Assembly (NCBI GenBank): GCA_964016885.1
Contig: OZ024742.1
Span: 202,802,001 to 202,866,000 of the forward strand
Source: Eledone cirrhosa
Lineage: Eukaryota
Direction: 5' to 3'
Length of the DNA: 64,000 nucleotides
Positions within the stretch are counted from its first letter, which is position 1; every line of letters starts with the position of its first letter. Under the pieces are notes generated by a model. It was not told the origin of the DNA, did not search any database, and was given only the letters and a program-made list of their open reading frames with translations. Made by a program: the position numbers and the translations under genes. Below are positions 60,402-64,000 of this stretch, piece by piece.

Positions 60402-62865
60402 CAGTGAGTCCTCGATATACGGTATATATGCATTCCAGAAACCCTTACCGTATATCGAATTACCATATAAAGAACCCATTATAACATGAAATAGATAGGG
60501 ATGTGTTCCAGAACATCGAAAAAGTCATCCCTACAGAAAATAAATAATGTTTTTTTTTTATTTACTGTACTTTACACATGCCGCGAAGTCCATCAGATGA
60601 TGTGCCTCTTCATTTGTCCCTCCCGAGGCTAAGGGACAGTATGGGTTTCAGCCCTTACTCATCTTGGGCTGAGTTGGCAGGGGAGGATGAGGGTGATGTG
60701 GCAGGCTCAAAACCAACAAACTCGTTGACTGCAGTGGATGTTGAAGGGCCAGCTGTAGCACAGTTGGCAGGTGTGACTGGCTTGAAGAAAGAGTAGATGG
60801 AGGACTGCTTGGTGGTGTTTCTTTTGGCTTCATACATTTCTTAGTAAATCTTGACGCTTTTCTCGATGTCTTGAGCCACCTTGCTGCTCCTAGCAGGGTT
60901 GGGGTCACGCTCCTACAGGGTTTCTAAGATTGTTTCGATACTCCCGAGACATTCTCTTAGAGTTTTTATGTCCAAGCCACGCACAAGTTCTTCTGCCTCC
61001 GCTTCTTTTTTTGCTGTCTCCTGTATCGCCATGTCTAGTTCTATGAGTTCATCATTGGAGAGTGGTTCAGCGTGGCCTTCCAAAAGGTCTTGCACATCAT
61101 CATCATTAACACCATCGAAGCCAGCTCTATGGCAGAGATTTACAATATCTTTTTTTATCGCACCAATGTCCTCAGCAGAGCCTTGGAAGCCATTCACACA
61201 TGCTGGCCATAATTTCTTCCAGGCCAAGTTCATGGTAGACTGCTTCACTTCTTCCCAAGATGCCTTGATGTTGTCTAAGCCATGCTTGATGTTGTACAAT
61301 TTCCACCATTCTCTTATCGTGGGCTTGTCAGGCCCATCTGTGCCCTTTATCAGCTGCTGCATGGTTCTCCGCTGGTAGTATACCTTAAATGTTTTGGTGA
61401 CTGTTTGATCCATCGGCTGAATGAGAGCTGTGGTGTTTGGGGGGAGAAACAAAACCTCAATATTTTCTGACCAGTCTTCCATTGCCCGTGGGTGGCTGGG
61501 GGCGTTGTCCACTAATAGCAGAAAACGGTTGGCAATGTTGTTAGCTAATGCATATTCCTTAAGGGTTGGTGACAGATATGAGGTGAAAGAATCCTGGTGA
61601 ATTGAAGTGATCAGCCATGCCTTCTTATTATACTTCCATATCACTGGTAGGTATTGCTTAAGTAACTCCTTGAGTACTCTTGGAGTTTCAGAATGGTAGA
61701 TAATGAGTGGCTTTAGCTTTAAATCTCCTGCATTCCCTCCAACAGAGTAACGCGGTCCTTTGAGGCTTTGAACCCCTTCGCACTTTTCTCCTCCTTGTCA
61801 ATATAATTATTACTGGTCATCTTTTTCCAATAAAGTCCTGTTTCATCATAATTAATAACCTGTTTTTTGCTGTACTCCTTCTCTGAAATGCATTTCTCTA
61901 ACTCTGCCTTGAATTTTTCAGCACTCTCTTTGTCGGAACTGGCAGCCTCACCTGTAACTTTTATGTTGTGAAGACTCGAACATCGTTTGAACTTATCAAA
62001 CCAGCCTTTGCTTGCCTTAAATACAAAGTCCTTCACCTCCATTTCGGTCTTGAGCCTGTCAATAATGGACAATGCTTTCTCACATTTAAAGACAGAGGCA
62101 TATTTTGACGATTTTGGTCATCGATCCAAATTTTGACCAACTTTTCCATCCTATCTGTAATCGGCTCACGATGTTTGGTCAACAATTGACTCTGTAGATT
62201 CCTAGCCTTCTCCCCAGCCTTTTTGACAGCCTCACTACTTTTTAAAACAGTCCAGACTGTAGACTGGACTAGACCTAAGTTACGACTTATGGCGGACGTA
62301 CCTTGCCCCTGTTCCTTCTTTTTCAAAATGTCCAGCTCCAAAGTCAGGCTCTTCCTCATGTGTTTGGCCTTTCCATCTGCATCAGCAATATTTGCAGGAC
62401 GTTTTGGGGCCATAAGATATGGGGTTATAAGATATGCCATGATAATTATGCTCCCAAAACATGCCGTCCGGTTTCTCTTACTTTGAATGACGTTATAACT
62501 CTTAACTGATCATTTCCGCAAAAATTCTCTCACTGAGAGGACACACTAGTTTGCCGAACTCAAGTGATCAGTTAAGAGGTATGACGTCAGTGACCGATAT
62601 CTGAACTCGCTCGTGATTGGCCAGTTTCTCGGTAAGCTCAGTTAGTACGATAGCAGTAGTAACACAATTTTCCTAGATTTCGAATAGGAGTCAGTTTCCA
62701 CGAATTCAAGGGAGAATGTATTGCTTACTACAGGTGGCGCTACGGTACAATATAAACAAAACACAACCAAAAACCGTATCTGAATTTTTTTTACCGTAGT
62801 AATTACCCAAAACCGTATCTGTGAATTTACCAGATAAAGAACTACCGTATATCGAGGACCCACTG
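60402..62865 (-). mobile_element. pogo/Tigger-family DNA transposon, full-length
   Basis: 23-bp TIR CAGTG(A/G)GTCCTCGATATACGGTA at both ends, TA TSD (60400-1, 62866-7), 2464 bp. Confidence 0.93.
60655..62413 (-). pseudogene. Tigger/pogo transposase (CENP-B-like HTH + DDD domain), several frameshifts
   Basis: MAPKR..RKSLTLE, FKASKGWFDKFK, GEAASSD, NYDETGLYWK, LLVDNAPSHP, FLPPNTTALIQPMDQ, and C-terminal KQSSIYSFF. Confidence 0.9.
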
Positions 62866-62875
62866 TATATACCTT

Positions 62876-62912
<37 letters not shown>

Positions 62913-64000
62913 TCTGTGATACAGAATTTAAGTGAGCTGCACTAAAATGCATAATTTGCAAAATGCAAAGTAGATGAGGTAAATTTAGTCCATAGTATTT
63001 GTGGTTGTGTATGTCTTTACAATAAAGGGTAGTGGCTTAGTGGTTAGGGTATTTGCCTCATGATTGATAGATAGATATATATATATTTGGCGTTAGGAAG
63101 GGCATCCATTCATAGAAAACAAGCCAGGAATACCCCTATATGAGCGAGACACGGTCATCCGACCCAACTCTCCTTTAAATGGGACCCATCCAACCCATGC
63201 TAGCGTGGAAGATAGACGTTAATCGATGATGATGATCATCATGATATATATTTATTTTCTATATATTCATCAAACAACATTTTTTTTTTATTTTTCATCT
63301 AGAGGATTCTTAACACAATATTAAATTTAGAATTAATTTTAATGCAATAGAACCATAGGCACATATAACCCTATCATCCTAACAGGAGGGGCAAGCTCTC
63401 CTACCCCAATGTCATCTCCAGAGATTCTGGTATTGAAATCTAGGACTTGGCAACAGCAATGAACGACAGGCTCACATGGAGATCAATTATTGAGTCCATT
63501 TTGGCTGGGGCCACCGGATGATGATCATCATTATCATCATCCTAATAATTTTACGTCTGTTTTCCATGCATGCACGAAGTGGTCAGGTCGATGGTCCAAG
63601 ACGAGACAGATCACATAACCATCCCTATTATATATGTGTGTGTGTGTGTGTGTGTATTCCATAATTATAAATAAAGTGAGACGGAGATTGGAACAGAAAG
63701 AGAAACAGTGAGAACTCAAAAGAGCAAGGTATGTATATATATGTGTGTGAGTGTGGATGTGTGTGTATGCATGTATGTGTGTATATGTAGGCAGATAGTT
63801 ATATAAATAGACAGATATGTAGGTAGATAGATAGGTAGAGAGAAAGAGAGAGGCAGGGATACTATGCTTTAAACAAAGTAAAAATATACATGTATTTTCT
63901 TCTTTGATATGTGCCAGGTCATCTATTTTCAGGTATTAATTGGTCAATATCAATAAAATATTGGTCAGTACTATTAATAGTTAAAGGTCTAAAGTGTTTT

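Overview
Eukaryotic, AT-rich, repeat-saturated DNA with no recognisable host protein-coding gene. The SINE families and huge (TA/CA)n arrays resemble a cephalopod (octopus-like) genome, but that is an inference. The window holds four near-full-length RTE-clade LINEs of two families on the minus strand (APE + RT with a C4HC3 PHD-type finger inside the RT; two have intact ORFs). It also has fragments of further RTE families, a broken Penelope-like element (RT + GIY-YIG), a broken Helitron Rep/helicase, non-autonomous Helitrons, a full-length but frameshifted pogo/Tigger transposon, piggyBac-like MITEs, many tRNA-derived SINEs and a 200-N gap. The most striking unannotated signal is about 18 type I hammerhead-ribozyme (HHR) motifs from roughly a dozen unrelated sequence families, found and folded by eye. 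They include a 468-bp tandem retrozyme/pseudo-LTR-like array with an inverted copy, a 340-bp palindrome carrying one HHR on each strand, three families with the compensatory U3:A8 core, and a homologous pair with covarying stems. Most of the short 'IYIY' ORFs in the track are microsatellite artefacts. Repeat boundaries are approximate (+/- ~10 bp) unless a TIR/TSD is cited.
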